This document shows positions 42,714-53,631 of a stretch of DNA of 64,000 bases, piece after piece. This stretch comes from Corallochytrium limacisporum Hawaii. Its lineage: Eukaryota; Protista; Pluriformea. Under the pieces are notes generated by a model. The model had not been told where the DNA came from and searched no databases. It worked only from the letters and a program-made list of their open reading frames with translations. Both the position numbers and the translations under genes were made by a program. Location of the stretch: the NCBI GenBank assembly GCA_002811645.1, contig PDIP01000026.1:131035-195034 (forward strand). Reading direction: 5' to 3'. Positions within the stretch are counted from its first letter, which is position 1; each line of letters begins with the position of its first letter.

Positions 42714-45700
42714 TGTGATTTGTTTTGCTTCGTGTGGGTAGGGACCCGGAACGATGGTATACTTCCGAACTTCTGTAGTCAAATGGATCACTTCACAAAC
42801 TAGTCTTAAATACCTACTACATCCAAGAAAGCCGGTTTCTCAGCTGACTCCCACTCATCTGCATGCCATGGGATACATGTGGGAACTGTTTTGCACACAC
42901 AGATAAGCCCCAAAAGTGCGCAGACTGATGCACTGGTACGAAATTCTATAGGCTCCATCACTGTTTTGTCCGAAAAATCCGTGCTGAAAGTATCAACGAG
43001 TATAGCAAGCCCATACAGCGAAGGGTATCCTTGTTGATATGCTATAGTAAATGTGCGAGTCGGGTCACAAATCTAGAGCCTTCTCACTTTGTTCGCTGTT
43101 GTTCCTCACCACCTCTTTTCGCTGCAGACGAACTTCAAATTTTGGGCTACTCATAGGAAGGGGAACTACAATATTCGCACTGTCGGTCTCCATCTGTGAA
43201 GGGATCGTCATGTGACGGTCGAATGACTAGCGCAAAACGCTCTTGACTCCGTGTTACACCTACCCAGGCGACACACATATAACAAATCCCAAAAACCCTG
43301 CTGTGTACGCAAGCGACTCCTCAATGGGCACGAAACATGAACAACTGAACACCTAATATATATTTTGAATTAGTCTCCCGTCCCCCGTTTGCAAACTCAC
43401 CGTGCCCATTGGTAGTAGCAAAGGAAGGCCCACCACCACGGAGATGTTGGCAATACGCACACTGAATGCACAACTGGCATCGACGTTGGTTCCATTGTTT
43501 CCATGTCCCTCATGCAACTGTTTGTCTTTTGCAGCAGAGTAACCATGACCAAGATCTCAAGATCCGCCGGCCCGGCAAGAGTAACCTCGGCCAATGGACA
43601 GTTGTCAGACGGGAGTCTATTTTTGACGCTCCACCCCCAACTTCCGAAATATATTGAGGTCGGCTATTATCTCGCGCCCAAATTCGTAGGTGCCTTCCCA
43701 AGAAATAGCCTTCTCCACCACCACGAACTTTATACCTTCTCCTGTGCAATTGCGAGTACTTATAACTCCGGGCGACTGAACGCCGGACTCCTTGCCAAGC
43801 TTTTGGTAGTGAATGAACCGTCAAACGTTTACCTTCTTTGGAAGGTTTTCTTCATTCCTCCTTCCGCAACGTCCTCCTTCGTCTGGTGATACCCCTCCTA
43901 TACATATCGCCGAATGTACACGAGCATCCGAACTCGCACGACTGCATATCTATTCTATTACGGGTCGAACCGTCATGTGCCTCCCAGAGAACGCTTTCTG
44001 TGACTTCCAAGAATTGTTCCCAATTATCTCCGTTTAATTTCCTTCACTCTTACTTTATTGGGGAAGGCTGGGGGTTGGCTCCACAGTGCTCCCGTTTAAG
44101 CCGAAACTCCAAGGTGGATGCACCATTGGGTATAGATCCACACAACAGTAGGCTCACTCAGAGGTCTGCCTGAGCGGGTGGCTTTCGCTGCGGTGTAGGC
44201 CACAGGGAACCCACGGTGGCGGTGAAGAGGGCAACCGGTACTCAAAGTACCGAATGCCGAAACTTGGCATCAGCGGAGGTGGTTGCAAAAAAATATTCCC
44301 GGTTGTTTTGTTATTAATACTCTTCTTAGAGTAGGGGTGGTGAGATGGGAAATTCGGCCCCTGATATGCATCTCCAGCTCCTGCTAACTGTCGCTCCCCC
44401 CACTACTAAATATGCAAACCCAAAATCCCCTCCCCTCTCTTCCGTTTTCCGGGGGGAGCAAACATTGGGTGAATGGCGGGGAGGATGGGATGCGGATCTC
44501 TGCGGGGCCATTTTAAAAGATTTTATCAAACTTTTCTTGGCGAACCCGGAAAAAAAAATCCTAAGGTGGGATAAGGATTCTCTCACCCAACCCCCCCCTC
44601 CCGCGGGGCTCCCCACAAAGAGCCGGCACCTGCGGGGAACCGTGTGTGCCGGGGACCGGATGAGCAATGCCATCCGCCCTGATCCCAAATCTTTTTTTTT
44701 CTTTTTTCTTTTGCTTTCGGTTTCGCCGCACACACTCTTCATGTAGAAGTAGACAGTCATCTACCTTAGGGGGGCTCTACGACATTCCATTTTTCTTTCT
44801 AGTTCGGTCGTTGATGGACGGGCAGGAAGCTGGTTCCACGTCCATACCCCTGTTTCATCACTCACGTCAGTGGGTATGAATATTTATATGATCAAAATAT
44901 AGATACCAGTTCACCAACGTGCTCTGCCACTGGCATTTTCAGTTATTTTCGTACGCCGACGGAGTCAAAAGACTGGCATCTTTGGACGGGACCCGCCCCG
45001 GTTTCCTTTTCTCTCTTTCTCTGACGTCCTTTCCCAGTGCTTCCTGACTGCAGCATACACGGCAAAGCCGCAGGATCCATAGTGCCTGTACTCCCATTTA
45101 TGGCCCACAAATAAAGAACCGTTCACTGCAAACTCCCCCCCCCCTCCAACCCTCCCCCACGGGGGAGGAGGAGGTTTTTGGGGGAGGGGTGAGAGGGGGG
45201 ACCGACGGGGAAAGAAAGGGGAGGGGACGGACTACAGGTACAGGTTGTGGAGGAACATCTCTATTTTGGTGTGGGGGCGTTCGGAAGGTTAACATTTTTT
45301 TTCGGACCTGTGAAGTGGTCCCATTCTGGTTCCGTAACACGGTTTGAAGGAACTCGCCAATGATGTTTGCTGACGACGTGGGAGTGGACGATTCACTGTT
45401 TCAGACTCGGTACTAAATGTATAGCAAACTAATCTGCAGAAGTCGATGAATTCTCCTGGTGAGGGTCGTCGGTTTCAGGTTGCTGGGGATTTCAATGACT
45501 GGCCCCAGCGCTTTTTGCGCCTATTTTACATGTCTTTGCTTCCTTGGGGGCGGAACGCCTTAGCTTCTGGCCGGGGTGGAGGGTCCCTTTTGATGCGCGG
45601 CTTGCAAGGAGGATGCGAGCCGTCCTCTCGTCCTGGTTTGCCACTTCTGTTGTCTGTAGCTTTCATATAGAAATAATGAAACATTTTGCAGCGCGGATCG

Positions 45701-46740
45701 GCCAGCGAGGTATCCTCTTGCACTCTCGCTTCCTTGCCCAATAGTCACAACGTCAAGAGTTGCCGAGTGAGCGATTGGAGGCAGGGCAGGGGGCGTGCAG
45801 AGAAGCATGAGATACGGAAGAAACGCGGAAGGAAGGAAAGCGGACAGCCCCGCTCCACGGGACCATTGTTAGGGGGCCCGCTAGGTTGTTGATAGCACCG
45901 TCCTCTTTTTGCTCCACGTCTGCAAGAAATGACAGGCAATCTCTTACGGAAGGCAGTGGTTCGTGGACAAATCTCAGGCAGAACACGTAGTCAGTGACGG
46001 ACACAGGACGGTGGCATACGCGGGAAAGCAGTGACGAGCAAGCAGGAAGTCGCGGTGGTACTATGAAAGGTGGTCCCGCGGCCAGATCCCTGCCCTCTCC
46101 TCTGGGGGGGGGGAAAGGACGCGATTTTTTTTTCTCTTTGGATGTGTGGCGGACAACTGGCGAACATTGGAGGGGAGGGCGCGTGCAACGCAACGCAGTC
46201 TGGCTCATGTGCCCCATGAGATCCCTTCTTATTTGTGAGACATCGTCAGAACTCGCCACCATTTTGCTCATTTTGCCATATGTTCACTACGGGGCTTGCC
46301 CCACATGCAAAAGCGATCCGTCGTGGCCGGAACTAATTACATCGCTACAATTCCGAAAAAGGGAAGAAAGAGAGCGCTACACCAAACAGAAGTGTTACAC
46401 CTTGGAAGAGCAACAAGGAGGCCAGCTTTTAGGGTTTGCACACGGCCAAAATGTTACCGTGTCCCGAGCGGTCAAAATAACGGCATGTTTAAAGTCCTCA
46501 CCAGCACTGTGCGTCCACATCGGTCGCCTCCCTTCCCTGCCCTTGGCTATTTGAAAAGTGAGTAAAAGGGGGAGTACGACTGTGACATGCGTGTTTCGAA
46601 GGAACTTGAGGGAGGCACCACCACCCCTGCCTTCACACATACACACACACACATTTTCCGTCTCTTCTTGCCGTTTCGTCCGCATACCGGATAGTGAGTA
46701 GAGAGAGAAAAGGGAGGGGTACTGAGAGCGAGGGTGGGGG

Positions 46741-46961
46741 NNNNNNNNNNNNNNNNNNNNNNNNNNNNNNNNNNNNNNNNNNNNNNNNNNNNNNNNNNNN
46801 NNNNNNNNNNNNNNNNNNNNNNNNNNNNNNNNNNNNNNNNNNNNNNNNNNNNNNNNNNNNNNNNNNNNNNNNNNNNNNNNNNNNNNNNNNNNNNNNNNNN
46901 NNNNNNNNNNNNNNNNNNNNNNNNNNNNNNNNNNNNNNNNNNNNNNNNNNNNNNNNNNNNN
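46741..46961. other. Assembly gap (N run) flanked by G-runs
   Basis: 221 N bases, with GGGGG on both sides. Confidence 0.99.
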
Positions 46962-47484
46962 GGGGGAAAGCGGCCTGTGCGAGTTGTGTGAACGCAACCT
47001 CTCGCACGGCAGCTTGCTTAAGTCCCGTGCGTGTGTGCGGGCTTGCAGAGAACTCAATTCTAGCCCCGCTACTGTCCATTGTATCACCATATAGGAGGGG
47101 GGGTCTTTGAGTTGGTGGGTGTGGGGGTGGTATCTGCCGCTGCTGGACGACGGGGAGGGACGGGAGGGGGGGTATGACCTGGAGGTTCTGGCCAAGGAGC
47201 GGCAATGAGTGTTTCGTCTCGAACTTGTGACATGAAGCATAGGCCTCTGAGTATGCGTGTGTGGTTCGTGCGGCTGTGGACGATGGGGTTCGACATTGAG
47301 GGCGCTTCAAAAAGACTTACTTCGAGTCGTTTTGACCAATGTGAAAGGAGCGACAGGTATTCAGGACCATGAGGCATCTCTTTTGTGTTAGCGTACGAGG
47401 GATCCTATCTACAACAAACGGGAACAATTTAGCTCATTTGTGTACTGCTGGTCGGAACACAAATTACACACTATCAATTCCATC

Positions 47485-49089
47485 ATGGGGTGGTTTTGGT
47501 CAAAAGAAACGAAACCTGAAATAGTCAGCGAGTGGGCTGAGAAAGGCTTTAAGATCCATGGCACAGAAGGCGCACGGGAAATTGATAAACAGACGAAGCA
47601 TGTCTACTCGCGCCGCAGGAAGCTTCTGATCACGGGTGCCATTGTCGCCAGTGTTGCTCTTGTGGTGACTATTCTCTTGGTTGTATGGCTGGTAGTGGCC
47701 CCACAGCTTACGACCCAGAGCCTGAACAGTGCAGTTTTTGATTTTAGTAGCATGCAGATCGGCTTCAATAGTACAACAGGGCAACCACTTATCTCCGCAA
47801 CAATGGTTACCACTGGCTGGAAAGGTTCATTCACGGCAGAGGGGGTCAAGATCAAGGTGGCGACTGGCAATAGGGGAATGACCGACAATCTTGATGACGG
47901 GCAGGTGTACTTCACGCTACCCACATTTGACGTTGGTGGCGACGACAGTATTGCCGAACAAACGCCGTATGTGACAAACTTGACAAATTTAGAGCTCAAC
48001 GAACTGACTGACGGTGGTCATGCTGACATTCTCAACTATTGTGTGCGCATGCTGTCCACCCTGGGAGATCAACCCTTTATTGGCCTTCCGCTGACTCTAC
48101 GAGCTGAGGTGGATGTCAAGCGCACTACTCTGGGTATCACAAGGACGCACCACCTTAGCAGGAATTGGTATTTCAGCCTGATACCTGTGCCAATCTCGGA
48201 CATGCATATGAACAATGTCACTTCGGGAGGGGAGAATGACGAACTGATGGGCGATTTCAACTTTGAGGCGTACCCGGGAGGGTTTGTCATCGAAACACCT
48301 CCAAACATGACCATCTACAACTCAGACAAGACTTACATTACCGTTCAAGATTCCTTCACATTCGGGGGTCCGAACAGTGCCAACGTGGTTCAACAGGGAA
48401 CGTCCTTGGGCATAATTGATGGCGTCACTGGAACTGAAGCCGGAGATATCATCGACGCTATCCTCACAGCACGAGACTCTGTGACCAAGGATTCAAGTCC
48501 AGTCTCCTACGACACCATTGCCTCTGACAGCTATCAGTACCAGATTGACTACCGCAATGTCTTTTATGTGGCGAACGAACCTGATACCTCTGGCCTGTTT
48601 CCAAAGGATATCGGAGTACCAGTTGATATGGATCTCAACACCCAGTTAGTGTACGTCGTAACCGTGGCTCAAAACAACGACACTATCACCTACGACCTCC
48701 CAGATGCATACCTGACTCCGAGCTCACAGAGCACCTCTTCGATCATCTACTCGGATGGAACTCAGCGAACGGTGTGCACCGGTGAAGATCTGCGCATTCC
48801 TCTCGACCCCTCGAGTGAGCTGCAGACTGTCAGCTCTGGAAACAGCACTTCGATGGTGACTGTCGACACTGAAACCACGGACACGACGGATTGTCCCTCT
48901 GTCCTGTACTACGCCTCACTCTGTAGCGGTATCCCTATGGATCTTGTCATCGCCAGAGGATCGATTCTCCTTGGCACCTCTTCGTACCCAATTGCTGATC
49001 AAGTTCTCCCATTCAATCTGGACATCGCAGCTACCGTCAAAACGGAGGTTGACAATACCTACGGATGTGGAAATTTCACCATTTCTTAG
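47485..49089 (+). CDS. Type II single-pass membrane glycoprotein of unknown function (loosely DUF3712/LEA-2-like)
   Basis: ATG at 47485. RRRK precedes one long TM helix, followed by an acidic T/D-rich beta-type ectodomain with several NxS/T sequons and C-terminal cysteines. Confidence 0.75.
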   Translation: MGWFWSKETKPEIVSEWAEKGFKIHGTEGAREIDKQTKHVYSRRRKLLITGAIVASVALVVTILLVVWLVVAPQLTTQSLNSAVFDFSSMQIGFNSTTGQPLISATMVTTGWKGSFTAEGVKIKVATGNRGMTDNLDDGQVYFTLPTFDVGGDDSIAEQTPYVTNLTNLELNELTDGGHADILNYCVRMLSTLGDQPFIGLPLTLRAEVDVKRTTLGITRTHHLSRNWYFSLIPVPISDMHMNNVTSGGENDELMGDFNFEAYPGGFVIETPPNMTIYNSDKTYITVQDSFTFGGPNSANVVQQGTSLGIIDGVTGTEAGDIIDAILTARDSVTKDSSPVSYDTIASDSYQYQIDYRNVFYVANEPDTSGLFPKDIGVPVDMDLNTQLVYVVTVAQNNDTITYDLPDAYLTPSSQSTSSIIYSDGTQRTVCTGEDLRIPLDPSSELQTVSSGNSTSMVTVDTETTDTTDCPSVLYYASLCSGIPMDLVIARGSILLGTSSYPIADQVLPFNLDIAATVKTEVDNTYGCGNFTIS

Positions 49090-49465
49090 TCTTTCTGCCA
49101 AAGTCATTTGGTTACCTTTTCAACATCAGCAACATCTTGCATTGCATTTCTTGCATCGCATGCACTCATTTAGTTCATAGCAATATTCAAACATCATGTA
49201 CATCATATTCATAGTTCATCCATTAAAGCATCATCATACAGCTCTTTAAGGCGCATAGAGTGGTCACTGTTCCTCAGGTTCTCCTGATTTTCACAGTGCA
49301 TTGACAAGTAAGGGAGAAGGTCGCTAGGATTCTCCCGCTCCACAATCATATTCATCAAAGCATAAGTAAATGGTTCTTGGCATTGCGAATTCTATTCTAA
49401 TTTCCAGCAGCAGTATATCGTCCACGGTTACTGACGGACACCGTTTCCTCCCGTCCTCAAGCTCA

Positions 49466-50248
49466 CTATTGCCTCTCATTTTGGAAAAACGCCGCAGTGC
49501 TGAATCCACCATCAATGGCAACGGTCTGGCCGGTTATGTAGCCAGCTTGGTCCATGGCCAAAAAGGCCACCAGGCCGCTGACTTCTTCGGGGTCTGCCAC
49601 ACGATTGGCAGGAGTCACGTCAAGGACCATCTGCAGGTAGTCACCCTTCAGGACACCCTCGGTGAGAGCTGTGCGGATGTACCATGGAGCGATGCAGTTG
49701 ACCCGGATGTTTTTCGGTGCAAACTCATGGCCCCAATTGCGGGTGGCCTGGGTCATAGCGGCCTTGGTCATTGCGTATGGGACGCCAGAGGCGACACCAA
49801 TGATGCCTGCCACACTGCCAATGTTGATGATGGAAGCGCCTTCACTCATGGCGGGCACCAGGCGACGGGTCAAATGGAAGAAACTAAACAGATTGGTATT
49901 GAAGATAGCCATTACCTCGCTGTCCTCGTAGTCCAGGGTGGGCTTACGATTGTTAGTTCCCACGTTGTTAACGAGGATGTGAAGGGGACCAGCCGCCGTG
50001 ACGGTGTCCACGAGCAACTGACGGCCCTCCGCGGTGGACAGATCTGCAGGCAGTGGGATCACCTCGGTGACATCGTTGGTGAACTCCTTAGCCACGCGCT
50101 CACAGTCTTCCTTATTGCGGGCATTAACGAAGATCTTGGCACACTGCAGCTGCACAAAATCATCGACAACAGCTTTTCCGATACCCTTGGAGCCACCAGT
50201 CACGACGGCGGTCTTACCCCTAAGACTCCAGCGATCGTTCACAGGCAT
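49466..50248 (-). CDS. Tropinone-reductase-like short-chain dehydrogenase/reductase
   Basis: RWSLRGKTAVVTGGSKGIG, NNVGTN.RKP, catalytic YAMTK, NIRVNCIAPWYIRT and YITGQTVAIDGG. Confidence 0.93.
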   Translation of the reverse strand: MPVNDRWSLRGKTAVVTGGSKGIGKAVVDDFVQLQCAKIFVNARNKEDCERVAKEFTNDVTEVIPLPADLSTAEGRQLLVDTVTAAGPLHILVNNVGTNNRKPTLDYEDSEVMAIFNTNLFSFFHLTRRLVPAMSEGASIINIGSVAGIIGVASGVPYAMTKAAMTQATRNWGHEFAPKNIRVNCIAPWYIRTALTEGVLKGDYLQMVLDVTPANRVADPEEVSGLVAFLAMDQAGYITGQTVAIDGGFSTAAFFQNERQ

Positions 50249-51633
50249 AGTTATTTCGAGTATTGTCCCCTGACTAACCTTTTCCAGTTCGTTATCAGAC
50301 TACAGAAAGGGCTCTATCCCAGTGCGTGTTTGTAGCGGCAGCCACAAAACCTGAATACCAGTGCTGCTGCAGCTATGAACCCTCAAATGACTCCCGTACG
50401 CGTCACACAACTTCCGCCCCGAAGGCCCCCATCCGTCCCCCTCTCCCCGGGACCCCCCGCGGCCACCAGAACAGAGCGGATTGGTAGTTGCTCAACGAAT
50501 CTTCCTCGACTGCCCAGAGGTGAAGAGCGGCGAAGATTGAGGCAGGGCACCGAAACTCAAAGTTGGGAGAGACGCACGCGGAGGATGTCAACACAAAATT
50601 ACGTCGAGTAGGGTGTCTGTTTTTGAAACCATACACACGTCACAACTACGCTTTGTTTTGATTGCTGCAGTTCCTTACGACCGCAAGGTTTCGATTTCCG
50701 CCAACAAAGACCCTCAGTGGGTCAGCTCTGGTACGCAAGCGAGTGACTGGAGTACGTTGCCCCAGACCCTAACAATTGAACCGCACAGGACCACGTTTGC
50801 GCTCTCGCTGTTGTCCATCACACGAGCGACTGCTTCCACTATTTTACTTCTACGCAGATCAATTTCACAATACACCGGCAAGGACCAAGGCGCAAGACAA
50901 AGCGAAGCCCCAGAACCCAAGGGACGAGGGTGGCATACTAGAGTTCACGTTGAGAAGGATTCGGGCGCGTTGAGGGCCAGCGGACAATCCACTTCGTCGT
51001 CACCGGAGAGGACGCGTATGAATGGGAACCTTATCCGCTGGGAGCCGTTTCTGTAAATACATTCCAGGTGGCCCTTTTCCCCGTTGCGGGAGCCTGGACA
51101 GTCCAGTCCCGAGGGGCAAAATTTTCATCACCCTTGCGTCCCATTTCGGCGGACCTCTCTCCAGCGCAAAAAGATTAGTCCCTTGCGACAGAGTTAGCAC
51201 GAAGGAGGTCTGTCTCGCTTTTCTGCGCGCCCGGCCCCCCCCCCTCCCTTCCCCTTCTCTCCCTTTTAATTTTCCCCGGGGCCTCCCTCCGGGGGTGGCG
51301 GGGAGGGGGGCCGTTTCCCTAAGTCGCACTTCCCTCGTGCACCCGATTTGGTTTCGCGGACCAAGCCGAACCGAAGTTGGGGGGGGGGCTCTCATGCGGG
51401 GCATAAATGGCTTCGATTCGCGTGCGCCCTGTGTCTCCCACTGGTTTTCTGCTGCTATTGCCGTAAGGCCGAACATCTGCTACCATCGCAAAGCATCTGG
51501 ACGCACTTGGTTACGTTAGCTCGATCATCATGGTATCAGTTTTATCAGAAAACATACTGCCGAGTGATGACGAATCGAACAACTTACTGTGCATTACATT
51601 GGTATCTCATAGTTTCTTTATACATTTGATTGG

Positions 51634-53631
51634 TCACCTACTGGTTTCGACAGTGTGCGGGTTTGTGGGAGTGTCCAGGCATGGTGGCAGGCCAGCCAGC
51701 TCACCCAGACCACCAGACCGAGTTCGGTCATTTAGCACGCCAGTTTCATTGATCTTCTGCTCAAAGGCAGCGGCGAGACAGATGGGGAAAACCTGTTTGG
51801 GGCTGGAGATATCAACCTGTGTACCGACATTGACAAAATCGGCCCGGACCAAGTCCTTGGTCAAGGTGAGTACAAAGTAGCCCTTGATGGAGGTGTTTAC
51901 GAACCGAACGTGGGGATTTATGGCGTAGAGGTCTTCCCCTCTTCCGCTGGTGAAGCCAGCAGATGTGACAGAGGTAGCCACGTACTCCACAGCAAGCCGC
52001 TCGGAATTTGGGTACGCCAAAGAGTCGGCAACGATTTCGTTAGCCCAGAAAGAATGAATATCGCCTGTCAGAATGACGGTATTGGACACCCCACTCTCGT
52101 AAGTCCGGCCAAAGGCATCGGATACGGATTGGTTAGGGGACAGGAGAGAGTACATGCGCCCGCGGGACATGTCGTAGCCCTCCCAGGCGTCTGGGTTGAA
52201 GTGATGTCCCGTGGGGGTGATAAAGAGGTCAGCAAAGACAACTTGTTGACCGAGCACTTTCCACGGGATTCCTTCAGCTTCAGCTTTGGTCAGTTTGTCA
52301 AAAACGAACGCCTCTTGCTCGTCCGAGATGAGCTGATGGCCTTCCAGACCCTTTGACTCATCGGCAGAGGCCAGCTGCTGAGTGCGACCACTTATGCGAG
52401 TGTCCATCATGATTAGATCGGCAAGGTCGCCAAACCGGAACTGACGCCAGAGCTTGGGATACCGCCAGGCACGTGCGCGCTCATCAACGCCATCAGTGGC
52501 AGGCTCGCCGAGGAGCGTGTCTCGTACGGGCATGTATTCGAAATAGGCACGGATGGCGACCCCTTTGCGATCCTCCCAGGTGCATCCGTCGAGCTCACAC
52601 TCACCCTCACTGTGGTTTTCAGCACCACCAAGAGGCCCTTTGTTGTCAGGATCCCAAGAGTCGTTGCTGGTCTCGTGGTCGTCCCAAACCGTAATGAAGG
52701 GGAACGCAGCGTGTAGGTCCTGAAGATCCTGGTCCTTCTTGTAGTTCTTGTGGCGCATGCGGTAGTCAGACAGACTTGTGAGCTCGTGGTCGGGCTCGTG
52801 TCGGCGACCATAGACTCCAGCTACAATCGGGTCAGCACGGTCATTGCCGTACTCATACAGATAATCACCCAGATGCAAAACAACATCAATGTCACTTAGA
52901 GTGGCGGCGTGGCGATATGCGTGGAAGAAACCGACGGAGAGCCAGGAGCACGAGAAGACGGCCATGCGCACATGCTCGGTCTCTCCGACCGGCAGAGTCT
53001 TGGTTGTGCCTTCCCTGGAAGTTACTTGGCCATCACCACCTTCGGTGACGGTGAAATAGTATTTATACTTCTGGTTGGGGGCCAAGCCGACGGCGACGGT
53101 TTTGACTGTGAAATCGCGGGCAGCAGTGGTGACAAACGTGCCGTCGGTGACAAAGCCGCCGTCCATGTCACGGACTGTGTAGCTTACATCGATAGACAGT
53201 TTTGAGTCACAGGTGCCATCGATCTCGCAGGACGGTGTCACACGGGTCCACAGTACTACGCTATCCGAGTCCGCATCACCGGAAGCTACACCATGGTTGA
53301 AGGCATAGGTACCCTGTTGAACGCGATTGCCAGACTCAGACTGCTTGCCCTCGGCGGATGTACCGGAATCTGCGTCAGTTGTGGAAATGCTGGCTGTAGT
53401 GGTGGCTTCAGGACTGACAGTGTCTTGCCGTCCATCTGCGGTAGGACCCACTGTTGTATTCGAATCGGAGGTCTGGGACACCACCACAGCGACAACTGCA
53501 CCGGCGAGAGCCAGACCAGCCAGACCCAACAGTGCCTTTTTCCAGACCTTGGATCCTCTCTGAGGGGGCCCGGGAACCTCCTCATCTTCCAAGAACCCGT
53601 CATCGGACGTCAGTGGGTAAAGATCACTCAT
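51634..53631 (-). CDS. PhoD-family alkaline phosphatase with N-terminal membrane anchor
   Basis: FNHGVASGD, LWTR, HLGDYLYEY, WDDHE, MMDTR, DAWEGY and LTGDIH. One TM helix follows KVWKK. Start is at 53631 (alternative ATG 53673). Confidence 0.94.
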   Translation of the reverse strand: MSDLYPLTSDDGFLEDEEVPGPPQRGSKVWKKALLGLAGLALAGAVVAVVVSQTSDSNTTVGPTADGRQDTVSPEATTTASISTTDADSGTSAEGKQSESGNRVQQGTYAFNHGVASGDADSDSVVLWTRVTPSCEIDGTCDSKLSIDVSYTVRDMDGGFVTDGTFVTTAARDFTVKTVAVGLAPNQKYKYYFTVTEGGDGQVTSREGTTKTLPVGETEHVRMAVFSCSWLSVGFFHAYRHAATLSDIDVVLHLGDYLYEYGNDRADPIVAGVYGRRHEPDHELTSLSDYRMRHKNYKKDQDLQDLHAAFPFITVWDDHETSNDSWDPDNKGPLGGAENHSEGECELDGCTWEDRKGVAIRAYFEYMPVRDTLLGEPATDGVDERARAWRYPKLWRQFRFGDLADLIMMDTRISGRTQQLASADESKGLEGHQLISDEQEAFVFDKLTKAEAEGIPWKVLGQQVVFADLFITPTGHHFNPDAWEGYDMSRGRMYSLLSPNQSVSDAFGRTYESGVSNTVILTGDIHSFWANEIVADSLAYPNSERLAVEYVATSVTSAGFTSGRGEDLYAINPHVRFVNTSIKGYFVLTLTKDLVRADFVNVGTQVDISSPKQVFPICLAAAFEQKINETGVLNDRTRSGGLGELAGLPPCLDTPTNPHTVETSR

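Noticed and set aside
43400-43900. Possible FAD-monooxygenase-like relic on the minus strand (GIKFVVVEKA)
   Set aside because: No GxGxxG motif, multiple stops, and too little similarity to support a call.
44254-44273. Hammerhead ribozyme
   Set aside because: The CTGATG and GAAAC cores are on opposite strands, and CUGAUGA is incomplete.
49370-50335. 321-aa plus-strand ORF
   Set aside because: It is the antisense shadow of the SDR gene, a common effect of biased codon usage, and has no independent motifs.
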